Below, one piece after another: positions 56,615-57,053 of a stretch of 57,053 nt of DNA. The position numbers were made by a program, and so were the translations under genes. The first letter of the stretch is position 1. The number at the start of each line of letters is the position of its first letter. The stretch comes from an uncultured Fibrobacterota bacterium. Its GTDB lineage: Bacteria; Fibrobacterota; Chitinivibrionia; Chitinivibrionales; CAYFVL01. Below the pieces are notes generated by a model. The model was not told the origin of the DNA. It worked only from the letters and a program-made list of their open reading frames with translations, and did no database searches. The stretch spans positions 4,640 through 61,692 of the forward strand of contig CAYFVL010000001.1 in assembly GCA_964346405.1 (NCBI GenBank), given 5' to 3'.

Positions 56615-57053
56615 AGCCCTGAAGGGGCGCAACATAAATTGGTTTGCACGTGGCTCGTAATCGATTCGTCGCGATTCGGCGTGCAAAAACAAATATGTCC
56701 CGCCCCTTCAGGGCTGGGGAGATGGCGTGGCATTGTTTTACCCGGGCCTTCAGCCCGGGCTGGTATATCCCGCCCCTTCAGGGCTGGAGATGGCGGGGCA
56801 TTACCCTTCCTGGGCCTTCAGCCCAGGCTGGTATGTCCCGCCCCTTCAGGGCTGGTGGCGGCGCTTTCGAAATGGGCCTGAAGGGCCCTGACATACAAGC
56901 CTAGGCTGAAGGCCTGGGTAGAATCCCGGCAAAACGCAACCTCAGCCCTGAAGGGGCGCAACATAAATTGGTTTGCCCGTGGCGCGTAATCGATTCGTCG
57001 CGATTCGGCGTGCAAAAACAAATATGTCCCGCCCCTTCAGGGCTGGGGAGATG
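56615..57053. repeat. Composite repeat array with a 329-bp period, made of 13-15 nt mini-hairpins. It runs off the window end.
   Basis: The 110 nt at 56615-56724 recur at 56944-57053 with 2 mismatches. Ten hairpin units of the form stem(4-5 bp)-CTTCA-stem (or TGAAG on the other strand) occur at 56616, 56702, 56744, 56772, 56812, 56840, 56874, 56903, 56945 and 57031. Confidence 0.9.

Noticed and set aside
56615-57053. CRISPR array, suggested by regularly spaced copies of GTCCCGCCCCTTCAGGGCTGG about 68-71 nt apart
   Set aside because: The 'spacers' are themselves near-identical to one another (…GGCATT…GGGCCTTCAGCCC(G/A)GGCTGGTAT…). Repeat units occur in both orientations. No cas genes are present. 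It is a higher-order tandem and inverted repeat, not repeat-spacer architecture.

Overview
The window is 57 kb of bacterial chromosome, about 50% GC, and both ends sit inside repeat arrays, so it is probably a complete contig from a metagenome assembly. I called genes from motifs read in the supplied ORF translations; no searches were run.

**Gene content, in order:**
- A divergent pair of giant secreted LamG-domain proteins, one carrying vWA and a FlgD-Ig-like tail, followed by a beta-barrel/TPR fusion.
- A minus-strand polysaccharide export block: Wza-like exporter, MinD-like ATPase, ExeA-like ATPase, a 1040-aa Wzc-type tyrosine autokinase, an SLBB-FecR-LCP fusion and rfbD.
- ribD-ribE-ribBA-ribH-nusB, then a DUF2723/TPR membrane protein.
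- A frameshifted secreted-protein gene and folC.
- A degenerate-GGDEF protein and bioB.
- A TetR-TolC-MFP-RND efflux operon.
- Three small unknown genes.
- A REC-GAF-HD-GYP regulator with a beta-barrel partner.
- tRNA-Val(CAC), then a membrane-anchored AraC regulator.
- An unknown Cys-rich protein and a DUF4143 ATPase.
- A cytoplasmic glycosidase pair (GH-A clan and GH3), a SpmA/B-like transporter, a Nudix hydrolase, an FAD oxidase and a STAS protein.

The T9SS-like tail, FlgD-Ig tail, PorV/PorQ-like barrels and DUF2723 suggest an uncultured FCB-superphylum-like diderm. That placement is inference only.

**Most unusual signals (all non-coding):**
1. A 45-90 nt interspersed repeat family with at least 7 copies. 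Its first triplet is always a stop triplet, and in five cases it is the real stop codon of a flanking gene. Different copies keep the same hairpin positions through compensatory changes.
2. A 329-bp-period array at the right end, built from ten mini-hairpins with an invariant CTTCA loop and covarying 4-5 bp GC stems, plus a 101-nt triple-nested palindrome.
3. A ~205-bp tandem repeat at the left end, built from GAGTAC/GTACTC inverted sub-repeats.
4. A hairpin-rich stretch of about 270 nt within a ~540-nt gap where I could call no gene.

I saw no CRISPR array, transposase, integrase, rRNA or known defence system.
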